From positions 9,663 to 73,662 of the forward strand of contig CAVOCG010000001.1 of assembly GCA_963694095.1 (NCBI GenBank): 64,000 nucleotides of DNA, given 5' to 3'. The DNA comes from Gammaproteobacteria bacterium. GTDB lineage: Bacteria; Pseudomonadota; Gammaproteobacteria; Pseudomonadales; Pseudohongiellaceae. The notes beneath the pieces are model-generated. The model was not told where the DNA came from. It ran no database searches and worked only from the letters and a program-made list of their open reading frames with translations. The position numbers and the translations under genes are program-made. This document shows positions 21,743 to 30,587 of this stretch, piece by piece. Each line of letters begins with the position of its first letter. The first letter of the stretch is position 1.

Positions 21743-21791
21743 AGCTTGCTCTGAAAGTGATATGGCTCGGGAAATGGGCATGTAGAGGGAA

Positions 21792-22988
21792 ATGAGAATG
21801 ACAAAATTAAAACTAATTATTGGTACTACCTTACTCGTAGCATTGGTTGCACTCGGCGTGGGCCAGTTCAGTATGCAGCAACCAGCAGCAGCGGCGAATA
21901 ATGATGTGCTGGCTCCCGCATTTCTAGTTGATCCTTTGTGGCCCAAACCCTTACCCAACCACTGGGTGATGGGCAGAACTATTGGTGTGGATGTTGATGA
22001 ACGAGACCATATTTTTGTGGTTCACCGGGACCAGGCGGAAATGTTTTCCATGAACACGGAAATTGGTCTGTTTGCAGGTGTTTCGGAGTGTTGCACACCC
22101 GCGCCACCAATTCTTGAATTTGATATTGATGGAAATCTGGTCAACGCCTGGGGCGGTGCAGTCGAAGGCGCCCCCTATGTGTGGCCTGCCTCCAACCACG
22201 GCATTGACGTGGCACCTAATGGTGATGTGTGGATAGGTGGTAATGGTGGCGGTGACTCACACGTACTGGTATTTTCCCGTGACGGCGAATACATCCGTAC
22301 CATAGGTGAACCAGGTAATGATCGTGACAGCAACAGCACCACTCACTTTTCCCAAGTCGCAGAAATCGGCATTGATGGTGCCAACAGCGAAGCCTACATA
22401 GCCGATGGCTACGGTAATAAGCGGGTTGTAGTCGTCGACCTGGCTACCGGCGCATTTAAGCGCTTCTGGGGTGCATACGGCAATACGCCATCTGACGATC
22501 GCCTGCGTTATACACCCGGTGAACCACTGCCACAGCAATTCACCGGACCGGTGCACTGTGCAGAACCCTCTAATGACGGTTTAGTATATGTGTGTGACAG
22601 AACCTCGGACCGCGTTCAGGTATTTCGTACTGACGGTACCTTCGTGAAAGAAGCCCAGTTCACACCCGCCACGCTTTCGCAGGGTTCCACCTGGGATATC
22701 TCCTTTTCAGCAGATACTGAGCAAGAATTCCTGTATCTTGCTGATGGTCAGAACTTCAAGATTTACGTCGTAGATCGTGAGTCGCTGGAAGTATTGTATA
22801 CATTTGGAGATGGCGGCAGACAGCCTGGCTTATTCTATGCCCCGCACAGTATCGCTACTGATTTGCAAGGCAATCTTTACACTACAGAGACCTATGAAGG
22901 TAAACGTGTGCAGAAATTCCTGTTCCAGGGAATGCGCCCTGTAACTGTTCGAGACCGCGCACCTACTTGGCCTGCAGACGAGCTATAA
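21792..22988 (+). CDS. Exported NHL beta-propeller, peptidyl-alpha-hydroxyglycine alpha-amidating lyase (PAL)-like
   Basis: 398 aa with a signal anchor. Block-wise resemblance to animal PAL: FVVHRDQ, NHGIDVAPNGDVWIGG, ADGYGNKRVVVVD, YVCDRTSDRVQVFR, APHSIATDLQGNLYTTE. Confidence 0.65.
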   Translation: MRMTKLKLIIGTTLLVALVALGVGQFSMQQPAAAANNDVLAPAFLVDPLWPKPLPNHWVMGRTIGVDVDERDHIFVVHRDQAEMFSMNTEIGLFAGVSECCTPAPPILEFDIDGNLVNAWGGAVEGAPYVWPASNHGIDVAPNGDVWIGGNGGGDSHVLVFSRDGEYIRTIGEPGNDRDSNSTTHFSQVAEIGIDGANSEAYIADGYGNKRVVVVDLATGAFKRFWGAYGNTPSDDRLRYTPGEPLPQQFTGPVHCAEPSNDGLVYVCDRTSDRVQVFRTDGTFVKEAQFTPATLSQGSTWDISFSADTEQEFLYLADGQNFKIYVVDRESLEVLYTFGDGGRQPGLFYAPHSIATDLQGNLYTTETYEGKRVQKFLFQGMRPVTVRDRAPTWPADEL

Positions 22989-23023
22989 TTAGCCCATATC
23001 TCCTGCGCCATCTGGATCTAAGA

Positions 23024-23062
23024 AAAAGCTGTGTCGAAGCACTTCGATGCAGCTTTTTTTGG
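23024..23062 (+). terminator. Intrinsic terminator after the first PAL-like gene
   Basis: AAGCTGTGTCGAAGCACTTCGATGCAGCTT hairpin followed by a T7 run. Confidence 0.75.
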
Positions 23063-23200
23063 CCCCATGCACAACCGCCGGTAATTCGTCTATTTCACCC
23101 TGAAATTTGTGAATTCCTGTTTACCCCCCCGCTCAATAGATGCTAGTGTATGTTTGTTAGGACTAGTTTCTTAAATTCAATAGCTATTCAGGACAATATT

Positions 23201-24388
23201 ATGCAAATCACAACAAAAAGAATAATCTATTCTGCTGTAGCCATTACCCTCCTGCTATCTCTCGGGTTTGGTCAAAGTCGATTACAAGATAACGCCATTG
23301 CAGCGAATAATGATCGACTGGCACCGCAATTTATTGTGGACCCCTATTGGCCACAGCCATTACCCAATCAGTGGGTACTTGGACGCGCCATCGGCGTTGG
23401 GGTGGACGAGCGAGATCATGTGTATATCGTACACAGGACCCAAGACAGCAATTTTATGAATCAGGAAATTGCCCTGAATTCAGGCAGAGCCGAGTGCTGC
23501 ACCCAAGCTCCGCCCATTATCGAATTTGACAGCGAAGGTAATCTTATAAATGCCTGGGGAGGCCCTGGTGAAGGCTATACCTGGCCTGAGTCCAACCATG
23601 GGTTAGAGATAGCACCTAATGGCGATATCTGGATTGGCGGAAATGGGGGCGGTGATTCCCATGTATTGGTCTTTACTCGTGATGGAACCTTCGTAAGAGA
23701 GATTGGTATCCCTGGCGAAGATATAAACAGTAATAGCCAGACTTCCTACGGGCGTGTCGCAGAAATTGCCTTTTATCCTGCAGCTAATGAGATGTATTTT
23801 GCGGATGGATATGGCAATAAAAGAGTAGCAGTAGTCGATGCATCAACAGGGGCATTCAAGCGTTATTGGGGTGCTTATGGTAACCGCCCCTCTGATGATC
23901 GAGTGACCTATACACCAGGCGAGACGCTTCCTCAGCAATTTGTTGGTCCGGTGCATTGCGCGGAGCCTTCACTTGATGACCTGATCTATGTATGTGACAG
24001 AGGGGCAGACAGGATTCAGGTTTTCCGCCCAGATGGAACTTTCGTCAAAGAAGCCTTGGTGGCTCCATTGACGCTGTCAGGTTCAACCTGGGATATTACT
24101 TTTTCCAGGGATGCGGATCAGGAATTCATCTTTGTTGCTGATGGCTCCAATATGAAAGTGCATATCCTTGATCGAGACTCACTTGAAGTCCTCAGCACAT
24201 TTGGTCAGGGCGGCAGGCAGCCTGGCACTTTCTTCGCGCCTCACAGCATTGTATCTGACTCCAAAGGGGATCTTTACACTACCGAGACGTACGAAGGAAA
24301 GCGGGTGCAGAAATTTCTAAATCAAGGTTTACTCCCATTGAGCACCGCAAGATCAGGTGCACCATGGCCAGCCAATGAACTGAATTGA
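23201..24388 (+). CDS. Exported NHL beta-propeller, PAL-like (tandem paralogue)
   Basis: Collinear with 21792-22988 (IVHRTQD, ADGYGNKRVAVVD, YVCDRGADRIQVFR, APHSIVSDSKGDLYTTE). ATG at 23201 gives a signal peptide. An alternative ATG lies at 23150. Confidence 0.65.
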   Translation: MQITTKRIIYSAVAITLLLSLGFGQSRLQDNAIAANNDRLAPQFIVDPYWPQPLPNQWVLGRAIGVGVDERDHVYIVHRTQDSNFMNQEIALNSGRAECCTQAPPIIEFDSEGNLINAWGGPGEGYTWPESNHGLEIAPNGDIWIGGNGGGDSHVLVFTRDGTFVREIGIPGEDINSNSQTSYGRVAEIAFYPAANEMYFADGYGNKRVAVVDASTGAFKRYWGAYGNRPSDDRVTYTPGETLPQQFVGPVHCAEPSLDDLIYVCDRGADRIQVFRPDGTFVKEALVAPLTLSGSTWDITFSRDADQEFIFVADGSNMKVHILDRDSLEVLSTFGQGGRQPGTFFAPHSIVSDSKGDLYTTETYEGKRVQKFLNQGLLPLSTARSGAPWPANELN

Positions 24389-24403
24389 TTTTTGTTTCGT
24401 GAT

Positions 24404-24433
24404 AAAAAAAGGCCAGCATTTGCTGGCCTTTTT
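24404..24433. terminator. Bidirectional intrinsic terminator
   Basis: A7-GGCCAGCA-tt-TGCTGGCC-T5, between convergent genes. Confidence 0.85.
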
Positions 24434-24468
24434 GTTGCTTGAGTAATTAATGCCCATCAATAAATAGA

Positions 24469-24903
24469 CTAATTTGGATTCACGGCTAACCAGGTTATCC
24501 CGCTGAGTATTGAGTTTCTGCTGGGCAGCTCTTCACTTCCCGCTGGAAATGTATTCTTCTCCATGACAAAGGCGAGTATATCTACCTTTTCCGAACGCCT
24601 GACCGCCCCGGCATTGCCCAAAGGCATGGTGTCTCGAATGCGTTGAAACAAGGTTGCCACAGGCATTCCATCATAATTCCATATGAAATCTCCCTGGGCC
24701 AGCCCGGGGGCCATATCAATCCCAGCCAGAGACGCACCATGACATTCAGAACAACTTTCCCCATAGGCAACTTCGCCTCGCCTAGCTTGTTCCTCGGTAA
24801 ACACGCCATCCCACACTGACGGGGCTTGCTGTGCAATCACCCAGTGGAAACTGGTAACAACAATAGAGAGTATTCCTAAGGACAGCAAAATTCTGCTTTT
24901 CAT
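24469..24903 (-). CDS. Small periplasmic mono-haem c-type cytochrome
   Basis: 144 aa with a signal peptide and a single CSECH motif. Confidence 0.75.
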   Translation of the reverse strand: MKSRILLSLGILSIVVTSFHWVIAQQAPSVWDGVFTEEQARRGEVAYGESCSECHGASLAGIDMAPGLAQGDFIWNYDGMPVATLFQRIRDTMPLGNAGAVRRSEKVDILAFVMEKNTFPAGSEELPSRNSILSGITWLAVNPN

Positions 24904-25033
24904 AATTCCTTACCCCATTTGCCCTAAAATAACAGGGCACCAATTCGCCTTTAGTTTGTAAAAATGAGTCTGAGCAGTCTCAAACTACCATTCACGATTG
25001 TACTTATTTCCGAAACCAGAGACAGCTGAAGAA

Positions 25034-25852
25034 TCAATTACATCCCAGTTCCTGTTCCAGGCTTTCATTGGGAAGCTGCCCCAGTGCAGGAAAGAAATCC
25101 AAGTCGGTTAATTCCTCAACTTCCTCAACAGAGCTTAATTGTTGACAGTGGTGTATATGTATTGGCAAATCCTGTTCAAATATAAACGTCGAATTACTGC
25201 CTTGTTCAGAAATAAGTATTTTATAAAATGCATCCGGCACCCTATGTGGCATATTTGTTGGCAATTGCCGGGGTTCACTTTCCGAACGAAAAATTGGCCC
25301 GGTTAATACATAAATTGGCCCTTCACGATTAACCAGATTTCTCACTGCCCATTCAAGCCCATACCAGGCTCCCCTGTTCAGGGCAGAACTACGAGCCACA
25401 ATATTTGTCAAATAATTAACGTCACTCCAATACGGCGTGCCTGCAAAACTAACCATTGGCACGAAAGCTGAAAGACCCAAGTCGTTATCCTCCTCTGGAA
25501 TGCCAAAATCTGCTGCATCGAGAGTATCATCAACAAAGCCGTCCTCGACTGCTTCCCGGGACAAGCTGGTAGCTATCCCAATAGAATCTACACTGACTTT
25601 ATATGCCACCCAATCTGCAACCTTGTTCTCGTAATTGTAGGCAAGTGCATAGATCGATCTAATCACCAGTTGTGCGTTCGGCGACGCGCCAGTTGGACAC
25701 CCGAACAAGCAATGCGTTATATGCAATTCGCTTGCTGTTGTTGAATTGATTGTAAGCATGAAGAACAACGCTAAAGGAACCCGCAGAAAACACCCTGAAT
25801 TGAAACTCAGATTGCACTGCTCTGATCGATGCTTGCCTGATACTTTACTCAT
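25034..25852 (-). CDS. Exported DNA/RNA non-specific endonuclease (NucA)-like protein lacking the DRGH catalytic motif
   Basis: Collinear with Serratia NucA blocks (YALAYNYENKVADWVAY, NYLTNIV, LNRGAWYGLE). The DRGH position reads DLGL. Confidence 0.6.
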   Translation of the reverse strand: MSKVSGKHRSEQCNLSFNSGCFLRVPLALFFMLTINSTTASELHITHCLFGCPTGASPNAQLVIRSIYALAYNYENKVADWVAYKVSVDSIGIATSLSREAVEDGFVDDTLDAADFGIPEEDNDLGLSAFVPMVSFAGTPYWSDVNYLTNIVARSSALNRGAWYGLEWAVRNLVNREGPIYVLTGPIFRSESEPRQLPTNMPHRVPDAFYKILISEQGSNSTFIFEQDLPIHIHHCQQLSSVEEVEELTDLDFFPALGQLPNESLEQELGCN

Positions 25853-26181
25853 AGATCGAATATACCTTTATATTACTTGTTTGCTGAACCCGACAACCAA
25901 TCGTACCAAGGCCAGCAAACCCTTGTAATGAAAATCAAGATTTAATTGTAACAGCACCCTGGCCTATCAGGCATCTTTGTTATAGTTAAGGTGCCTCTGA
26001 CACCTATTTTCCGTTCTTCCCAGAGGTGCTTTCTATGGATTAATGATAAAACCGCTGTTTGATTATTCAAAATAGAGAAGCTTTTTAATTTACAGGAAGC
26101 ATTCCCGGCAATAACTAATTATTATCCGCAGCTGAAATTTCCTGCTAACGACCCAATCACTCAATTTCAAGGGAATCAGAA

Positions 26182-27918
26182 ATGTCCAAAATATCAACGC
26201 GAGTCAACTACGTAGCTACTACTATGTTAACGGCTTTGCTTAATGTTTCAGCCAGTGCCGCAGACCGGATCAGTGATTTTTCACTAATCGACCATACAGG
26301 CAAATACCATCAGCTGACTCGTTATTCCAATCGAGACGCCATTGTATTGATCGTGCACGACGGGGGTAGCGAGGTAGCAGAAGATGTTGCTTCTGACCTA
26401 GCCAAGGTGGCAGAGCACTTCGCAGAAAGCCGAATTAAATTTTTCATGATTAATTCCTCAGGAATTGAAGACAAGGCAATTATCGCCGCTGCAGCAAAAG
26501 ATGCGGAGATAGAGTTCCCCATACTCATTGACGAAACCCAACTAGTAGCGGAAGAGTTAGGTATTACCCGTGCCTTTGAGGCCCTTATTATCAACCCTTC
26601 AAGCAAAGAAGTACTGTACCGAGGAGCGATTAATGATCGGTTTTCCGAGGGCAGCACTCGCCGCAGAGCCAGAGACCATTACCTGCAAGATGCCCTCCAA
26701 TCCATGCTAGACGGTGAAGAGATCACGGTTGCGGCAACTGTGAGCAAGGGAGGTGCGATTCAATTTCAATCGCGCGATGTGCACCAGGCGGCTGGTATTT
26801 CCTATGCCCGGGAAGTTGCCCAGATTCTAGAAGCACGCTGTGTGACTTGTCATCAGGAAGGGGGTATTGCCCCGTTTGCCATGAGCAGCCATCAAATGGT
26901 ACAAGGCTGGTCTCCTATGATCAGGGAAACCCTGTACACAAAACGCATGCCGCCAGGCCAAATTGACAATGACTACCTGAAAAACTTCCACAATATAAAT
27001 CACATAACACCAGAGGAAACCCAAACTTTAGTTCACTGGATCGACAATGGATCAATCAATAATGATGACTCCGATCCGCTGACTATGACCGAACTCGCAT
27101 CGAATTCTTGGTCAAATGGTGAGCCGGATATTATCGTACCAATTCCCTCCCAGTCCATTCCAGCTAGCGGTGTAGTGGAATACCGCAATCTGCAAATACC
27201 CCTGGATATTGACGATGACATTTGGGTAAAGGCTGTTGAATTCTTACCCGGTGATACTTCCGTACTGCATCATATTATCGCTTTTTCATACGGCCCTGGT
27301 GGCGTGAATCAATTTGAAATTTTAAATCAGGGAATTGGACTTGGCGCCTATGCTCCGGGCAACAAACTTAATCTATACCCAAAAGATACTGGCTATCCGT
27401 TAGAAGTCGGTGGTGGATTAATGCTGCAGTTACACTACACCACATCAGGTAGAGAGGCTGTTGACGCCTCTTCAATTGGCTTGTATTTGTATGATGAAGA
27501 GCCACGCCAGGCAATATTAGGCGGTTCGGCTGCGATAATGGACCTGCACATTCCTGCTAATGTTGAGGATCATCAGCTTGTCGCCACCAAGTTATTTCGC
27601 AATGACGCTTACCTCACAATGGTCGGCCCGCACATGCACTATCGTGGCAAGGAAGCCCGTTTCACTCTGAAGTACCCTGATGGGTCCGAGGAAATGATCC
27701 TAAACGTGCCAAATTATCAGTTCAACTGGCAAAAAACTTATGATTTTATCGAACCCAGATTCGTCCCAGCAGGAACTGAGATGGTGTTTGAAGGTGCTTT
27801 CGACAATTCAGAAATGAACCCGTTCAACCCGGATCCAACAATCGAAATTACGTGGGGGGAACAAACCTGGAATGAAATGTTTTTTGGCTTCATTCGATAT
27901 TACGATGCCTTAGACTAG
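26182..27918 (+). CDS. Exported Trx-like / haem-c / PHM-DBH-like copper monooxygenase fusion protein (paralogue 2)
   Basis: 578 aa. CVTCHQEGGIAPFAM...KRMPP, then VLHHII, LQLHY, PHMHYRG, NEMF. The Trx-like part has no Cys at the CxxC position. Confidence 0.7.
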   Translation: MSKISTRVNYVATTMLTALLNVSASAADRISDFSLIDHTGKYHQLTRYSNRDAIVLIVHDGGSEVAEDVASDLAKVAEHFAESRIKFFMINSSGIEDKAIIAAAAKDAEIEFPILIDETQLVAEELGITRAFEALIINPSSKEVLYRGAINDRFSEGSTRRRARDHYLQDALQSMLDGEEITVAATVSKGGAIQFQSRDVHQAAGISYAREVAQILEARCVTCHQEGGIAPFAMSSHQMVQGWSPMIRETLYTKRMPPGQIDNDYLKNFHNINHITPEETQTLVHWIDNGSINNDDSDPLTMTELASNSWSNGEPDIIVPIPSQSIPASGVVEYRNLQIPLDIDDDIWVKAVEFLPGDTSVLHHIIAFSYGPGGVNQFEILNQGIGLGAYAPGNKLNLYPKDTGYPLEVGGGLMLQLHYTTSGREAVDASSIGLYLYDEEPRQAILGGSAAIMDLHIPANVEDHQLVATKLFRNDAYLTMVGPHMHYRGKEARFTLKYPDGSEEMILNVPNYQFNWQKTYDFIEPRFVPAGTEMVFEGAFDNSEMNPFNPDPTIEITWGEQTWNEMFFGFIRYYDALD

Positions 27919-27941
27919 TAAATTCCAGCGTTTATATCAAC

Positions 27942-27976
27942 AGCCCGGTCTGCTTTGTATGGTCGGGCTTTTTTTC
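27942..27976 (+). terminator. Intrinsic terminator
   Basis: AGCCCGGTC-loop-GGTCGGGCT stem (two G-U pairs) followed by a T7 run. Confidence 0.7.
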
Positions 27977-28259
27977 TTCTTGCTGTTGTAAAAGTACTGA
28001 TGCAAGGTAGCGCATCTGTATACAACTAAGTATTAAGTAGAGTTTTGATCAGTGCAAGCCAGAGTAACCATTCCACAATGTTCAGCAATTCAGCTCATGT
28101 TCCGATGCCCGAACTTGGGAATTAACTCACCCTGATTTATTTTAAGAATCTGAAGTGCTAAATTAGCTACAACAAAATATATACTGGTACCTGCTGAAAG
28201 ACCCTATAGGTACATCAGTGGACTCTATATTAGCCATCCGAACGATACAGTGAGCCATT

Positions 28260-29618
28260 ATGAAATTATTAATTTCCTCGCCCCGCCTGGTTATACTCTT
28301 TATTTATTCTTTACTGCTTTCCTGTGGCGAAGATACCCCTATAGCAGGCGCGAATAGTACGTCCACAGCCCAGCAATCTGAAAGTACGGAGTCTGAACAG
28401 GCGTTAATAGCAAGGGTGCGGGGAATTCACGAGCGGGTTATTACACTCGATACCCATGCGGATATTAACACCAGCAATTTCACGCCAAATAATAACTACA
28501 CTATGGATTTGGATACCCAAGTCACACTGCCTAAAATGGAGGCAGGTGGGCTGGATGTAGCCTGGTTTATTGTTTTCACCGGCCAGGGAACCCTGGACGC
28601 AGCCGGTTACGCTACAGCCTATGCCAATGCAATCGATAAATTTAACGCCATACACCGCCTGGCTGAAGAAATAGCACCCGACCAAATCGAGATTGCGTTT
28701 ACCTCAGATGACGTAAGGAGAATTAATGCTTCTGGTAAAAAAATTGCCATGATCGGAATTGAAAATGCCTATCCGGTCGGCTTGGATATGAGCAATATTA
28801 AAGATTTTCATGATCGTGGCGGCCGCTATATGTCGCTGGCGCATAATGGCCATAGCCAATTTTCTGATTCCAATACTGGAGAAAGAGATGGCGTGTGGTT
28901 GCACAACGGCCTTAGCCAAATGGGGCGCGATGCTGTATTAGAAATGAACAAATGGGGCATCATGGTTGATATCTCACACCCCTCTAAAGAGGCCATCATG
29001 GAGATGCTTGATCTTACGCAAGCGCCACTGATTGCGTCCCATTCTTCAGCTCGAGCAGTAAGCGAACACAGTCGCAATCTGGATAATGAACAGCTTCTAC
29101 GAATCAAGGAAAATGGAGGCGTAGTACAAACAGTTGCGTTCAAAAGCTACTTGAATGCGGGAAAAAACACGCGTAATGCCGAAGCCCTGTCTCGTCTAAA
29201 TGAAAGCATTGCTGCAGATTTAGGGTATGAAATACTTTCATTTCCAGAAAGGAACAGGCTGAATGCTGCTGACCGAGCAATCTATAATTCCCAAATGGAC
29301 GAAATTAGCCAACTGGCTGCCCCTAGAATAATAAGCGAGGTAAATACTATTGCACCGCCAGTTAATGTGGCTGACTTCGTGAATCACATCGACTACCTTG
29401 TTGAACTTATCGGAATTGAGCACGTTGGAATTAGTTCAGACTTCGACGGTGGTGGTGGCATCCAAGGTTGGAATAGTGCTTCTGAAAGTCTTAATGTCAC
29501 GCTTGAACTCGTGAAACGAGGTTACAGCGAAGCAGATATTGGTTTATTGTGGAGCGGCAATCTATTGAGAGTGCTGGACGATGTGCAGCGGATTGCTGCT
29601 GAATTACAAAGGCAATAA
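28260..29618 (+). CDS. Membrane dipeptidase (peptidase family M19), lipoprotein
   Basis: 452 aa with a lipobox-like LLLSCG. M19 blocks present: LDTHADI, LAHNGHSQF, VDISHPS, IASHSSAR, SSDFDGGGG. Confidence 0.85.
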   Translation: MKLLISSPRLVILFIYSLLLSCGEDTPIAGANSTSTAQQSESTESEQALIARVRGIHERVITLDTHADINTSNFTPNNNYTMDLDTQVTLPKMEAGGLDVAWFIVFTGQGTLDAAGYATAYANAIDKFNAIHRLAEEIAPDQIEIAFTSDDVRRINASGKKIAMIGIENAYPVGLDMSNIKDFHDRGGRYMSLAHNGHSQFSDSNTGERDGVWLHNGLSQMGRDAVLEMNKWGIMVDISHPSKEAIMEMLDLTQAPLIASHSSARAVSEHSRNLDNEQLLRIKENGGVVQTVAFKSYLNAGKNTRNAEALSRLNESIAADLGYEILSFPERNRLNAADRAIYNSQMDEISQLAAPRIISEVNTIAPPVNVADFVNHIDYLVELIGIEHVGISSDFDGGGGIQGWNSASESLNVTLELVKRGYSEADIGLLWSGNLLRVLDDVQRIAAELQRQ

Positions 29619-29748
29619 ACAAAGTCATACCGGTAATCTGTGCCGTTTTCATTATTGTAGATTACTCAGAATCCTGCCAAGCTGTGCAGCTTACACAATA
29701 CCCTTAAGAAACTTATAGTCGATTTTTTAGTGCGTCAAAGGAGACAAG

Positions 29749-30294
29749 ATGGAAAAATTAATGAAAATAATCATGGTGGCCGTAGTAGCTGGATTTTCGC
29801 TGCTAGCAAGCTCTGCACAAGATGGCGGATCGACCATCATGACCAAAGACGAAGTCGATGCAACTCTAAAACAAGGGTTGGTCAACCTTGAAGCCGGTAG
29901 AACCGTCAGTGATATCGTATTGCGCCATATTGATGTGGGCGAGGAATATATAGGCGTTTCAGTCGTTCAACGCAGCAAGGTCGAGGTCACTGCTACTGAA
30001 ACAGGTATCGCACACGTCTCTCTGGATGAAATTTACTACGTGGTTTCCGGCGAAGGCACTATGGTGACTGGGGGCGAATTTATCGACAAACAAGTCAGCG
30101 AAAGTAGCTTGTTAGGTACTATGGAAAGGGGTGAAATTCGCGGTGGTGTATTACAAAAAGTAAAACCCGGAGATATTGCCATAATCCCAAAAGGTATGCC
30201 CCATGGCTGGCACGAGATCGACACAGACACCATCAGTTATATTATCTTTCGTGGCGATCCAGAAGAAGAGATGGACGTAAAACTGAAGCAATAA
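29749..30294 (+). CDS. Exported cupin-domain protein
   Basis: 181 aa with a signal peptide and cupin-like motifs (YYVVSGEG, IAIIPKGMPHGWHEI). A good SD (AAGGAGA) precedes the start. Confidence 0.6.
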   Translation: MEKLMKIIMVAVVAGFSLLASSAQDGGSTIMTKDEVDATLKQGLVNLEAGRTVSDIVLRHIDVGEEYIGVSVVQRSKVEVTATETGIAHVSLDEIYYVVSGEGTMVTGGEFIDKQVSESSLLGTMERGEIRGGVLQKVKPGDIAIIPKGMPHGWHEIDTDTISYIIFRGDPEEEMDVKLKQ

Positions 30295-30587
30295 CTGGTA
30301 GCCGCTGGCAGAACTATTCCAGCAAGCGTCCGTCCTGCTGCCTTAGCGGGATTGAAGTATTTGCCAATGGGTGGCCGGATTCGTGAATTTCGGCCTTACC
30401 CATCTACTGTTGATCGGTAGAAACCTATTGATATTGTAGGATAACACCTCTTCCCCGCTTCTCCTTGCCTCCCAATACCAAGGTTTTGTTCAATTTTTCT
30501 CTTAAGTTCTCCAAAAATGTGCCCAAAATCATGCTATTTATGCGGATACCGTCACAGTTTTTACCCCTTTTGTTTCATCTAGCTTAC

